This document shows, in pieces, positions 47,288 through 56,727 of a DNA stretch of 64,000 nt. Position 1 is the stretch's first letter. Each line of letters starts with the position of its first letter. The notes beneath the pieces are model-generated. The model was not told where the DNA came from and did no database searches. It was given only the letters and a program-made list of their open reading frames with translations. The DNA is taken from NCBI GenBank assembly GCA_022729235.1, contig JALDAJ010000001.1:928001-992000 (forward strand), in the 5' to 3' direction. The translations under genes were made by a program, and so were the position numbers. The stretch is from Candidatus Nanohalarchaeota archaeon. GTDB lineage: Archaea > Nanohalarchaeota > Nanosalinia > Nanosalinales > Nanosalinaceae.

Positions 47288-48628
47288 CTATACCACCGCC
47301 GCCTGACTGTTGTATTCGACCATGTTTTGATCGACGTAGACCTGGAAGTCTCCACCGACCTCGTCCTCGAGTTTTCCTAGCCTTCCATCCTTACCCAGCG
47401 GTTCTCCATCGACCCTGACTATGTCGGAGGTCGTGTACAGGTTGTCCGTGGTGTCGAACGATCCGGCGCCGACGCCATCGAACAGCTTGTATTCATTTTC
47501 CTCATAGAAGTCGATGCAAGCCTCTTTCCATTCCTCCATTTCGTCGACATAGCCTTTACCGCTGGATACCAGAAAGTTGATGTTGTCCCTGTAGCCTTCC
47601 TCGATCATCACTTCGTTCCAGGCCTTCGCTGCCTCTACACTGACACCCATGTCTTCTGGGTCGCCTGTTTCCACGCCCTGCGCGTAGTTAGCGCCGTTTG
47701 TGTCGATTCTTACTGTTAAATCGAAGTCTTCCCCGTAGTTCTCTTCCATCCACTCACATACCGCTAAAGTGTCGTCTATCTCCGCGTTAGCGGTGTCTAT
47801 CAGAACCGGTGTCGGTGTCCCCGGCATCTCTTCCTGGAAGAAGTCGTGGTAGTTCTTGAAGGCCTCGAGTGTCGCGTCTTCCTTCCCGTGCTCCGAGGCG
47901 TGCGGTATGACAAAGGCGTGGTTCATAGTGCCGCTCGGGCTGGCCTCCTCTCCTTCAAGCATCTCGTTTATCGCTTCCACGCCGACTGGTGTCGAGTGCC
48001 CTACAACGTCGTCTTCAAACATCTCGAAGCTCTGGTAGGCTTCCTGGGCTGCCTTCGCCAGTTCTCTCTGCTGGGCAGGGTGGTAGTGTCTCGCCCCGAA
48101 GTCTGCAAAACCTATCTTCTCTTCATCCTGTAGACCAAGTTCCTGGTTTAAATCGACAAGTATCTCTACTACGTTCTCGATACCCTCCCTGTACTCATCA
48201 GGGTCAACGTGCTCGTAGTCATCCTGGTTAGCCTCTGTCAAATGGTATGAGAGGCTTCCAAGTATCACTGTCTCTGGAACGAAGAGTTCCTGCAGAGGGC
48301 CTTCAACTATCATAAGCGGTTCCCTGTTTTCAGGACTGTCTTCCGGCACGAAGATGTCTACCTCATCACCTGTCATCTCGTCGTAGATCTCCGCGGTCTC
48401 CTCTATTCCTGCGACTTCCGTGTCTTCCCCAAGTCCTGCGTGGATATGCTTCGTAACCGTAGGATTGAACTCCGCCTTTTCAGCCGCTTTCTTCGACCAG
48501 TAGAATTATATGTCGCTGAACTTCTCCAGGTTTAACTCAGAGAGGTTCTCCTGGAACTCTTCTACTCTCTGCTCCAGCCCCTCTTCTCGTCCAACTCCGC
48601 GTCTTTCAAGTCGTGTTTCGTCCACCAT
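47288..48628 (-). pseudogene. Nicotinate phosphoribosyltransferase-like gene with in-frame TAA at codon 41 (48506-48508)
   Basis: GGGGTGA SD + ATG 48628; FSDI*FYW where SDxYF is expected; FGARH, GTMNHA, VLID, VRIDT, TSDIVRVDGEP..K.GR. Confidence 0.78.
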
Positions 48629-48644
48629 CGTCTTTCACCCCACC

Positions 48645-48718
48645 GCTTATTGTCTTTTCTACAATAAGCATATTGTGGTTTTTACAATAAGCATTTTTAT
48701 ACTTTTTGTAAGAAGTAC
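48645..48718. promoter_or_regulatory. Tandem NrtR operators: GCTTATTGT-N7-ACAATAAGC (48645-48669), TATTGT-N7-ACAATA (48671-48689), weaker GT-N7-AC (48708-48718)
   Basis: Perfect 9-bp inverted repeat; GT-N7-AC is the established NrtR core. Confidence 0.8.
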
Positions 48719-48792
48719 ACAAAGACCTGTGGTTTTTTGACCCAGACCCTGAAGAACTAGTAGAAGACTTGGAGGAGTGGCGGAGAGATTAA

Positions 48793-49350
48793 CTACTCAC
48801 TGCGCTTTTGCTTGAGCTGGGAAGGAACGTACCCCAGGGCAAAGTTATCGGAGTGCCCGAGCCAGCATTCGAGTTCACCAGCGACCTCTCTGGCGCGGTG
48901 TTCGCTACTGTTACCATCTAATCCGCTGTAGGTCTCAGCATATCTGACGCTGTAGAACTCCGGTCCTCCCGGAGAAACAATATCAAGCGCCGAGGTAAGA
49001 TTTAGGTCTTCCGGAGCTTCATTGACAGGAATCTTTTCCAGCCTTAGACCCTGTGCCCTTCCATCGTAGACCTCTACGTCTGTAACCCAGTCACCTCTGT
49101 TATCCGTGACACGCCAACAGTCCTGTTCCTCACTGACATCGAGACCGTGCTCACCATCCAGCAATCTTGCGGCTTCACAGATATCTTCACCACGGACATC
49201 CTGGAAAAAGGAACCTTCACCAGGCGAGTACCAGGCATCACCCGGAAACGCGTAGGACCTATTCACATTCCCTATAATAACTGATTCTCCCTCGTCAAGC
49301 TGCTCCACAAGCTCCACGACTCCCGGAGACGCCACGTCTTCAGTACCCAT
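48793..49350 (-). CDS. Hypothetical protein bracketed by two mazG-end repeats
   Basis: Stop abuts repeat copy 2; start set at ATG 49350. Confidence 0.65.
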   Translation of the reverse strand: MGTEDVASPGVVELVEQLDEGESVIIGNVNRSYAFPGDAWYSPGEGSFFQDVRGEDICEAARLLDGEHGLDVSEEQDCWRVTDNRGDWVTDVEVYDGRAQGLRLEKIPVNEAPEDLNLTSALDIVSPGGPEFYSVRYAETYSGLDGNSSEHRAREVAGELECWLGHSDNFALGYVPSQLKQKRSE

Positions 49351-49479
49351 AACCAAACCTAACACCACCAAAAAGATAAATAGATCCTCCAACATCATCG
49401 AAGAACCGACAGAAGAACTGGAGAAGTGGCGGAGAGAATCAAAAGGGATTAAAGGTTCTGAAAGTTGAAAGAAAACTAT

Positions 49480-50607
49480 ATGCTCCGTATCAAAGCGAAG
49501 ATTGAAGACTTAACTTATAACCCGACTATGTGCAAAAATCTAAACAAATACAGCCTCAATGAATTTTATTCCGGGAAATCTTTCCAAGATGCTGCCTTTA
49601 GAGTCCAACCAGAAGAAAACGAGTACGCAATAAGTTGGTGGGTATCGCCAAAAAGAACGAGAAGCTATCCGAGGGCAAGAGTATACGACACCTATAACCA
49701 CAAAAACAGGGTCACCATAATCCCTCTGGTTAAGGATGAAGGAAAAGACGGAGAGAGGGACTACCTACAGTGGGATACTCTATCGCTGATGAGCCTCTTA
49801 CAAGTAAACGTTATCATAGCTCCCTACAAGAATGCTGAGAAAAACGATAACTACGATAACAAGATAACTAACCAGAAATTCGACTTTGAATACATAAAGG
49901 AAAAATTTGAAGAACTACAGAACTATCAGTCCGATGCTCTGCACTGGAATTTAAAACAGGCCTCAGAACTTGGAGAAGTAGCTGAACTAAGCAAGAAATA
50001 TTACTACGATAAGATTTCCTCCAAAACAGGGGTAAAGATGCATAGTAAGAAGCACTTCGAGAAACGGATGGATAAAATAACAGAAGAAGCAGATAGGTTC
50101 AAGAAAATGTCCAGGAACCTTGCAGAAGAAGCGCAGAATAGAGAAGCCCTGACACTACAACCTAAAGAGAGTACAAGAACAGACAAATGCGTGATCACAA
50201 TCCAGAACCACCTGGGCGGAGAGTACTACTTTACCTCTGACGAGGTCATGAGATCAGAAGATAAAGTATTCCTGATAGAGAAAAAACATACAAGAGACGT
50301 GTTTCCTAGCCTAGCAGATATTAAAAACGGCTTGGTAAGAATGATGTTATTCAAGAATCTGAGTACCGTAAAGGCAGAAGGTGACGAACTGGAAGCAGTT
50401 CCAGTCCTCGGAATTACGGGTGATGAGTTAGAAGGTTACTGCTCCAACTCAGAAAATATAGAAGATAATCTAGGAGACGGCATCTCTGATAAGAAAATTG
50501 ACGATATCAACTCCTTAATGCAGGAAGCAAACGAAAACGATTTCACAGTGATAATCTCTCAGAACAACGACTCAGTTGAAGATAAACTATACAGTAATAT
50601 TATGTGA
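49480..50607 (+). CDS. Probable type II restriction endonuclease (PD-(D/E)xK)
   Basis: WWVSPKRTRSYP...KDEG..G.RD..QWDT; SDE...LIEKK catalytic-like motif; low GC; followed by two MTases. Confidence 0.65.
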   Translation: MLRIKAKIEDLTYNPTMCKNLNKYSLNEFYSGKSFQDAAFRVQPEENEYAISWWVSPKRTRSYPRARVYDTYNHKNRVTIIPLVKDEGKDGERDYLQWDTLSLMSLLQVNVIIAPYKNAEKNDNYDNKITNQKFDFEYIKEKFEELQNYQSDALHWNLKQASELGEVAELSKKYYYDKISSKTGVKMHSKKHFEKRMDKITEEADRFKKMSRNLAEEAQNREALTLQPKESTRTDKCVITIQNHLGGEYYFTSDEVMRSEDKVFLIEKKHTRDVFPSLADIKNGLVRMMLFKNLSTVKAEGDELEAVPVLGITGDELEGYCSNSENIEDNLGDGISDKKIDDINSLMQEANENDFTVIISQNNDSVEDKLYSNIM

Positions 50608-50679
50608 TCTATATAGAGGTATACCTCATAAGAATAGGACCCGCGTTAACCTTTGGAACCTCTCCCTCAGGAGATAATT

Positions 50680-51897
50680 ATGAAGGATAACATAGCCTAC
50701 ACAAACAGTTATGAGCTTGAGAACAGCTATAAGAAAGCTATTGATGACTGGCAACATCCCTTACATAGAACCTGTTCTCGTTTAGGTTCATTTCCACCGG
50801 AACTGGCACATTACTTCATCCAGAAATATTCAGATAAAGGAGACAGAGTACTGGACCCTTTCGCTGGCAAGGGTACAGCCCCCCTAGAAGCCTATCTTAC
50901 TGATAGAATAGGTGTAGGAAACGATGCGTCCCCTGACGCCTACATTCTAACACACGCCAAAGTCAAGCCTTCCAGTATCGAAGATGTTGAAAAGCGGCTG
51001 AAAGAACTAGAAAACAACTATGACGAACCAGATATAGAAAATGTCGATGAGGATGTCAAGATTTTTTTCAGCGATCACAACCTCAGACAGATAGTATATC
51101 TGAAACGTGAATTGGGAGATAGCGATCTCGAGATATTCATTAAATCTCTGGTTCTCGGCATTCTTCACGGAAAGGGTGAACTCGCGCTATCTCTTCCAAT
51201 GTCACATTCCTACTCGATGTCACCCTCCTACGTAGAAAAATATTCGGAGGAGAATGATCTAGAGAAACCGGAGAAAAACGTTTTCGAGGCGGTAAGAAAG
51301 AAGGCGGATAGGGTACTGGGTAGGCCTCTTAAAGAGACGAAAGGTGAAGCTTACTGTGAGGAGATTCTGGACTTGGAGTTTGATGAAAAGTTCGACCTGA
51401 TAGTTACTTCGCCCCCGTACTACCACGCGCTTACTTATGCTTGGGATAACTGGCTCAGACTATGGTTCCTCGGCCACAACTTCAAGCAAGTCAGAGAGAA
51501 ACTAATTCAGACCTCCGACGAAGAGAAATATGAGAACTACATGAAAGATAGCCTGAGAAAAATGTACAAATGGCTCAAACCAGACTCTGCCTGCATTGTC
51601 GTTGTGGGAGACGTCACCAAGAAAGTGACCGAAAATGGAGAAAAAAAGAAGAAGATTATAAATACAGCGGAAAGGCTTGTGGAACCTGCTAAAGACGTAG
51701 GATTTGAAACCGATATACGCATCATAAATGACGAAGTGCCTGAAGAAGACAAGTACTCAGATTATATAGAATCAGAGCAAGGAGTTAAGATAGATCGAAT
51801 ACTTGAACTAAAGAAGGGGGATCCTGAAGAGACCGAGGTAAAAACTAACTGGAAGATACCCTTTATGTCAAGTCAAGACACGCTCGAAGATTTCTAA
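50680..51897 (+). CDS. Amino DNA methyltransferase, motif I before IV (alpha-like order), probably m4C
   Basis: DPFAGKGT then VTSPPY; AGGAG SD. Confidence 0.88.
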   Translation: MKDNIAYTNSYELENSYKKAIDDWQHPLHRTCSRLGSFPPELAHYFIQKYSDKGDRVLDPFAGKGTAPLEAYLTDRIGVGNDASPDAYILTHAKVKPSSIEDVEKRLKELENNYDEPDIENVDEDVKIFFSDHNLRQIVYLKRELGDSDLEIFIKSLVLGILHGKGELALSLPMSHSYSMSPSYVEKYSEENDLEKPEKNVFEAVRKKADRVLGRPLKETKGEAYCEEILDLEFDEKFDLIVTSPPYYHALTYAWDNWLRLWFLGHNFKQVREKLIQTSDEEKYENYMKDSLRKMYKWLKPDSACIVVVGDVTKKVTENGEKKKKIINTAERLVEPAKDVGFETDIRIINDEVPEEDKYSDYIESEQGVKIDRILELKKGDPEETEVKTNWKIPFMSSQDTLEDF

Positions 51898-52035
51898 ACT
51901 TATGAAGTTTTTAAGACTTGATAAGACTGCTAGAGAGCTTAAATAAGTTAAAAGCATCTATAAACAATTTAAAGCAAATATGGATATACCAAAAGCATTG
52001 GTAATCTATAAAAGCCCTAAAAATAATCGATTAAC

Positions 52036-52920
52036 ATGGAATTTAACGAGTTTGAAACATACGGAGAAAGAGATAGAGTAGTCAGAGGAGACTGCTTAGA
52101 GATAATGAAGAAAATGCCTTCTGACTCCATAACTCTTGGTTTTACTTCACCCCCTTACTTCAACGCGATTAATTACGATGCGCACATAGAGAAGCTAAAT
52201 GATGAAAAAGATAGATGGGAGCGAGAAGATATTTCTTACAGCGAATATAGGCAGTTCCTCGTAGAACGCTTTGAAGAGCTTTTCAGAGTTATCAGGCCTG
52301 GCGGATATAACGTAGTTAACATAGCTCCTGTTTCCTGGAATGGCAACAGAGTGCCATTACCGTTCCACTTCGTCACTTGGATGGAAGAAATCGGCTGGGA
52401 GTTTCAAGAGGATATAGTCTGGGAAAAACCAGTCGCAAGAGACAGAAGATCAGGAGTCCTGATGCAAAATCCTTACCCTGGCTACTACTACCCAAGCCTG
52501 GTGACTGAATATGTTTTCGTATTCCAGAAACCGACAGACAGCGAGTCGAAACAGAATATTTACTGGCACCGGAGCGACCAGGAGAAAGAAGAAAACAAGC
52601 TTGATCTCTCCAATTATCAGGGAGAACAGAGCAAGAACAACTGGAAGATAAGACCTTGTGCGCCGCAGGAGACAGATCATCCCTGCCCATTCCCAGTAGA
52701 ATTAGCGGAGAGAGTCATCAAGTTCTACTCCTACAAAGGCGATAAAGTCATCGATATTTTCGCTGGAAGCGGCAGCTCCTTGGTCGCAGCTGAAAAACGC
52801 GACAGAGATTACATAGGTATAGAAACACAACAAGAATACATAGAGCAATCGTTGAACAGGCTGAATAAGATTAGAGAAAGCTCAAGCCAGAAGGAGATAA
52901 ATCAGTTCTCCAAATCCTAG
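52036..52920 (+). CDS. Amino DNA methyltransferase, beta class, probably m4C
   Basis: FTSPPY, IVWEK, HPCPFP..L, DIFAGSGS. Confidence 0.92.
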   Translation: MEFNEFETYGERDRVVRGDCLEIMKKMPSDSITLGFTSPPYFNAINYDAHIEKLNDEKDRWEREDISYSEYRQFLVERFEELFRVIRPGGYNVVNIAPVSWNGNRVPLPFHFVTWMEEIGWEFQEDIVWEKPVARDRRSGVLMQNPYPGYYYPSLVTEYVFVFQKPTDSESKQNIYWHRSDQEKEENKLDLSNYQGEQSKNNWKIRPCAPQETDHPCPFPVELAERVIKFYSYKGDKVIDIFAGSGSSLVAAEKRDRDYIGIETQQEYIEQSLNRLNKIRESSSQKEINQFSKS

Positions 52921-52991
52921 AACGCATATCCCTCTCCTCCGTCGACACACCCTTTAAGTACAATCCCTGCTAATCCTCACGTAGAACTACC

Positions 52992-53378
52992 ATGACCTCT
53001 GTTTTCGTAGCTGAGTTGTTGGGTTGGTTTGTTATTGTGTCGTGTGTGGTGTTCTTGTTGCGGAGGGAGAGGTTTATGGAGTACGCGCGGGAGTTCGCGG
53101 AGAATATTTCGCTTAGGTACACCGTGGCGTTTCTTGAGCTGGCGGTGGGGCTGGCGATCGTTCTGTCGCACAGGAGTCTGGCGCTGGGTTATGAAGGTGT
53201 GATAACTGTTATAGGCGGGTTGATGGTTGCAGAAAGTGTTTTCCACCTGCTGGCGTCGGAGGAGCAGGAGAGGAGAGTGATTGAAAGTATCGATAACGAG
53301 CTGTTCCTGAAAGGTTCCGCTACCGTTGGACTCGCGCTAGGGTTCTACCTGGTGACGAAAGGGTTCACGTGTTTCTAA
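52992..53378 (+). CDS. 4-TM membrane protein
   Basis: Hydrophobic helices. Confidence 0.75.
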   Translation: MTSVFVAELLGWFVIVSCVVFLLRRERFMEYAREFAENISLRYTVAFLELAVGLAIVLSHRSLALGYEGVITVIGGLMVAESVFHLLASEEQERRVIESIDNELFLKGSATVGLALGFYLVTKGFTCF

Positions 53379-53385
53379 ATCGTGG

Positions 53386-53486
53386 GGGGTTCTCTATACC
53401 ACACTGCAGTACTATTCTTATAGCCAGAGAACTCCTTGTAATGGTGTCGTGTGCCGGAGAGTGGGGTGTGGTAGCCTTCTCCGGCA
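53386..53486 (+). ncRNA. Candidate structured RNA: two hairpins with complementary loops
   Basis: Stems 53386-95/53426-35 and 53452-60/53478-86; loop segments TACCACAC (53397-404) and GTGTGGTA (53466-73) are complementary. Confidence 0.4.
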
Positions 53487-53572
53487 TCCAGTAGGTTTTC
53501 CCAGTGCAGGAGAGGAATGTTTAAAGTGTTTTACGTACTGGAGAGGAGCATTTGTTTGACGGCGGTCAGATA

Positions 53573-54130
53573 TTACTCCATTGGATCATCTAGATAGGTG
53601 AATTCTTCTCCATCAGGCAGGAGATGGATGACTTTGTCCTCGGTTATTAGGTCCCACGTGGCAAGGTGGGGAGGTATGCTGGGGTGGAGGACAGGGTTGT
53701 ATGTGAATGAGTTTATCCCTGTTTCCTGCTTCAGTTCATTCATCAGGTTGTTCATCTCGGTCCTAGGTACGGGCCGGGCTTTGGTCCAAGTCTCTCCTTC
53801 ATAGGGTTCTACGGTCTGTCCGTGGATCTCGACCTCAACAGGGAATAGACCGAAGTCGATTAAACTCCGGAAACCTTCCTGGTGTTCCTCGTAAACCATG
53901 TTAAGCTCGTCGACGTACTGCTCTACGCTCGAACCGGTCTTGATGGCAGGGATCTCCTGGCTGGTCGTTAGCTCCACTGTCTGGTACAGGTAGTCTTCTC
54001 CCGCGTGTTCTATGGTTTCAGCGGGTCTGTAGAATCCTATGTATTCTTCATCTTCAAGAGGTGAATCCTGTTCTGAAGCGCTGTAGTAGGATTCAAATCG
54101 GGCGTCAAGTGGTCCGACTTCCTTGATCAT
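53573..54130 (-). CDS. Hypothetical protein
   Basis: 185-aa acidic ORF. Confidence 0.7.
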   Translation of the reverse strand: MIKEVGPLDARFESYYSASEQDSPLEDEEYIGFYRPAETIEHAGEDYLYQTVELTTSQEIPAIKTGSSVEQYVDELNMVYEEHQEGFRSLIDFGLFPVEVEIHGQTVEPYEGETWTKARPVPRTEMNNLMNELKQETGINSFTYNPVLHPSIPPHLATWDLITEDKVIHLLPDGEEFTYLDDPME

Positions 54131-54226
54131 GCTATAGGATAGCTGTCAGGACTAATAATCATTCACCTGATCCAGGATTCATCAAGACCGGAAAAGATTT
54201 CAGGGTGTTAGTTCTTAGTGTTCTGT

Positions 54227-54937
54227 ATGAGAGATGTTATCGTAATCGGAGCGGGGCCGGCAGGGCTTTCCGCCAGTGTATTTACTTCTAGGAACGGGAT
54301 GGATACGTTGATACTTGAAAGCAGGGACTCGATTCTGAGGAGGAACGCGCACCTGGAGAACTTCCTGGGGTTTCCGAAAGGTGTGAACTCGAACCTACTC
54401 CTGGAGATGGGTCGTGACCAGGCGGAGGAAAGTGGCTGTGATATAGTAGAGGGTTTTGTTACCGGTATCGAGATAGAAGGAGATGCGTTCACGGTAGAGA
54501 CCCGGGACGGTGAAACTCACGAGGCACGGCATATTATCGTGGCGACTAAAAACGAGACGCGGTTCCTTCCCGGGGATGTTGAGACGTACCAGGACGGGAA
54601 GACCTTTATCAAGACTGATGGAGAGGGTAGAACCTCCGTGGATAGGCTTTACGCGGCTGGACGTGTAGCAGGCAAGCCCCACCAGACCATCATCAGTGCA
54701 GGTCACGGGGCAGAAGTAGCTGTTACACTGCTGGAAGATGAGAACCCGGATTTTTACAGGGACTGGGTTGTGCCGAAAGGCTACTTCACGATGAGAGGGC
54801 GCGAGGTTCCGGGAGGATGTGAGGAGATAGAAGAAGAGGAACGCAGGAGGAGAGAGGAAGAATCAATCAAGGCCATGAAGGAATACTTCTCGGAGCTGTT
54901 CTCCCGCCCCGACCAGCACCCGTCGGTGGGGGAGTGA
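54227..54937 (+). CDS. FAD/NAD(P)-dependent oxidoreductase (TrxB-like, no CxxC)
   Basis: VIGAGPAGLSA, ENFLGFP.G, YAAG, HQ..ISAG.G. Confidence 0.88.
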   Translation: MRDVIVIGAGPAGLSASVFTSRNGMDTLILESRDSILRRNAHLENFLGFPKGVNSNLLLEMGRDQAEESGCDIVEGFVTGIEIEGDAFTVETRDGETHEARHIIVATKNETRFLPGDVETYQDGKTFIKTDGEGRTSVDRLYAAGRVAGKPHQTIISAGHGAEVAVTLLEDENPDFYRDWVVPKGYFTMRGREVPGGCEEIEEEERRRREEESIKAMKEYFSELFSRPDQHPSVGE

Positions 54938-55010
54938 CCCCAGCTTCCTACCGGTGGCAGAACTGATACTGTTATTAATTTTCCTGACAAGTTTGTATGT
55001 GGTATAGTAC

Positions 55011-55382
55011 ATGGGTTTACATAGCCAGATATCGCGGGAAAGCTGCGGCGAGGAAACAGTTTACGTGATAGAGAGCCTGGAAGACGAAAACACCGATATT
55101 GACCTGGCGGACGTCGAGAGAGTCCTGAGGGAACAGGACTTTGAGGAGGTAGGTTCAGGCGGGATGGATATGTCACTGTGGTACTCCGGACTCGATATAA
55201 CATTCAACTACAACCCGGAAAAGGATCGTGCAACGCTGAACACGGGTGTCGAGCTATCTCCTACTAAAGAAGGCTTCCTTGACGAGGCGTTGTCGACTAC
55301 GTACGGATACTCGATCCCGGAACTGGTCGGCTACCAGAAAGACCCGGATAAAGAGGTCTACACTATCGGGCAGGATATCTAG
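55011..55382 (+). CDS. Hypothetical protein
   Basis: 123-aa acidic ORF. Confidence 0.65.
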   Translation: MGLHSQISRESCGEETVYVIESLEDENTDIDLADVERVLREQDFEEVGSGGMDMSLWYSGLDITFNYNPEKDRATLNTGVELSPTKEGFLDEALSTTYGYSIPELVGYQKDPDKEVYTIGQDI

Positions 55383-55559
55383 GACTCCCTCCTATACCGG
55401 ACTGTAGTTATGGTTATATGGGGCGGGCTTTCGTTAAACCGTGGAGAAGATAGGGGGTGAACTGTTATCAGAGAGTTTTCAGAGCAGGCTTCCCACTCGG
55501 GGGAGCTTCCGCAGGACATTATAGAAAATCTTCCGGTAGAGGATCTGCTGGAACTGGAC

Positions 55560-56219
55560 GTGGAGAGAAACGTGGACACGGAGCTGGTCGATGACCACTA
55601 CTTCCCTGACTACGTAGATTTCTTGAACTCCGCGACACCGGGTTACACGGTTCACAACGGTTCGGAAGTAGTGATGGCGGAGATCATCAATATAGCTGAG
55701 GACTATGTTGATATGATGCCTGGTCTTCTAGTTGATGTCAAGAATATGGGTGATGAAGACATCACGGCTCCCGGCGGAAGAGAGCCTTACCTGGTCAACG
55801 TTAACGTTAGAGAATATAACTACGGCGATCTTGACTACATCGGCTGGTCGTTCTTCGACAGCCTGAACAGTATACTGTTCGACTGGGATACTCTCTGGGG
55901 TATAAGAGGGAAATCCGGCACCACCATCGAGAACAGGTTCGAGCGCGGGGTTGATGGAACGCTTGACGATGACGCGCAGAGAGAGTATATATCACACGTC
56001 GACCGGATAATCGAGGAGGCGAAGAACCAGTTCTACCCTGCAAGAGCTGATGTTATACGGGAGGATATGATGCCTAGCGACGACCCAGAGAGCTACCAGC
56101 ACACCTACCCGCCGGAAGTCGTTGACCTGGTCTTTGAAAACGCCGATCTACAGTTCAAGTTCGAGCGGGCGGCTCACAGTATCGCGGACAGGTTCGGTGA
56201 GTACCTGGACAGGCTATAG
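55560..56219 (+). CDS. Hypothetical protein (frame open back to 55461; start uncertain)
   Basis: Acidic ORF; GGGGTGA SD-like site precedes in-frame ATC at 55467. Confidence 0.65.
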   Translation: MERNVDTELVDDHYFPDYVDFLNSATPGYTVHNGSEVVMAEIINIAEDYVDMMPGLLVDVKNMGDEDITAPGGREPYLVNVNVREYNYGDLDYIGWSFFDSLNSILFDWDTLWGIRGKSGTTIENRFERGVDGTLDDDAQREYISHVDRIIEEAKNQFYPARADVIREDMMPSDDPESYQHTYPPEVVDLVFENADLQFKFERAAHSIADRFGEYLDRL

Positions 56220-56225
56220 ACACGG

Positions 56226-56573
56226 TCAAGCCACCAGTGCGTGCCTGTATTCGTCAGGCTCGTACTCTTCAGGTTCGTATAGAGGTCCCTGCCACGGATC
56301 ATCAAGTTTTTCTCCAGGTGCCGGGTCGATTTCGAAGATGTTCCTCGGCTCCAGTTCGAGGTCTCCCTCTTTAGGTGGGCGGCGGAAGCCGGGCGCCACG
56401 TCCTCTATTAGTTCTTCGATTCCTCTCTCCGTGCGCTCGTCCAGCAGAGAAAAGACCTGTTCCTCCTCTTCCTCCAGGAGATCTGTGTCCTCCTGCTCTA
56501 GCATCTCTTCTATCGCATCCTGGTGTTCCTTGCTTATCCTATCTTCGAGCCCTCGAAAGTTCATTCCCAGCAT
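56226..56573 (-). CDS. Hypothetical acidic protein
   Basis: 115-aa ORF. Confidence 0.65.
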   Translation of the reverse strand: MLGMNFRGLEDRISKEHQDAIEEMLEQEDTDLLEEEEEQVFSLLDERTERGIEELIEDVAPGFRRPPKEGDLELEPRNIFEIDPAPGEKLDDPWQGPLYEPEEYEPDEYRHALVA

Positions 56574-56727
56574 GTAGGGTCCTAGTGGCGTGAGGGTTCA
56601 AATGTTGGTATCTGATGTAGTGTACATAAGCAGGAAAAATTACAGATTTTTCGATTATAAGTAAGTCACTGCCTGAGAAGACATATATACAACAGATTAA
56701 TATTAGTAAAAAGTAACAACGTCTTTG

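Larger units (their letters stand above)
44160..49441 (+). repeat. Three diverged copies of the 42-nt 3' end of the MazG-like gene (44160-44201, 48751-48792, 49400-49441)
   Basis: Hand alignment: 33/42 and 35/42 identity to the gene copy; invariant GAAGAA start and TGGCGGAGAGA core. Confidence 0.88.

Noticed and set aside
44877-48508. Stop-codon reassignment or pyrrolysine to explain the in-frame TAG and TAA, given two LysRS genes
   Set aside because: TAA, TAG and TGA all end many conserved genes in the window at the expected C-termini, and no pyl genes or suppressor tRNA are seen. Point mutation or error is simpler.
44160-49441. CRISPR array interpretation of the repeats, with the Cas4-like gene
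   Set aside because: Only three diverged copies, kilobases apart and coding-like; no regular repeat-spacer array was seen in the window.
53437-53500. Fluoride-riboswitch-like GTAATGGTGTC
   Set aside because: The pseudoknot partner and CTGATG element are missing, and no downstream gene lies in sense orientation.
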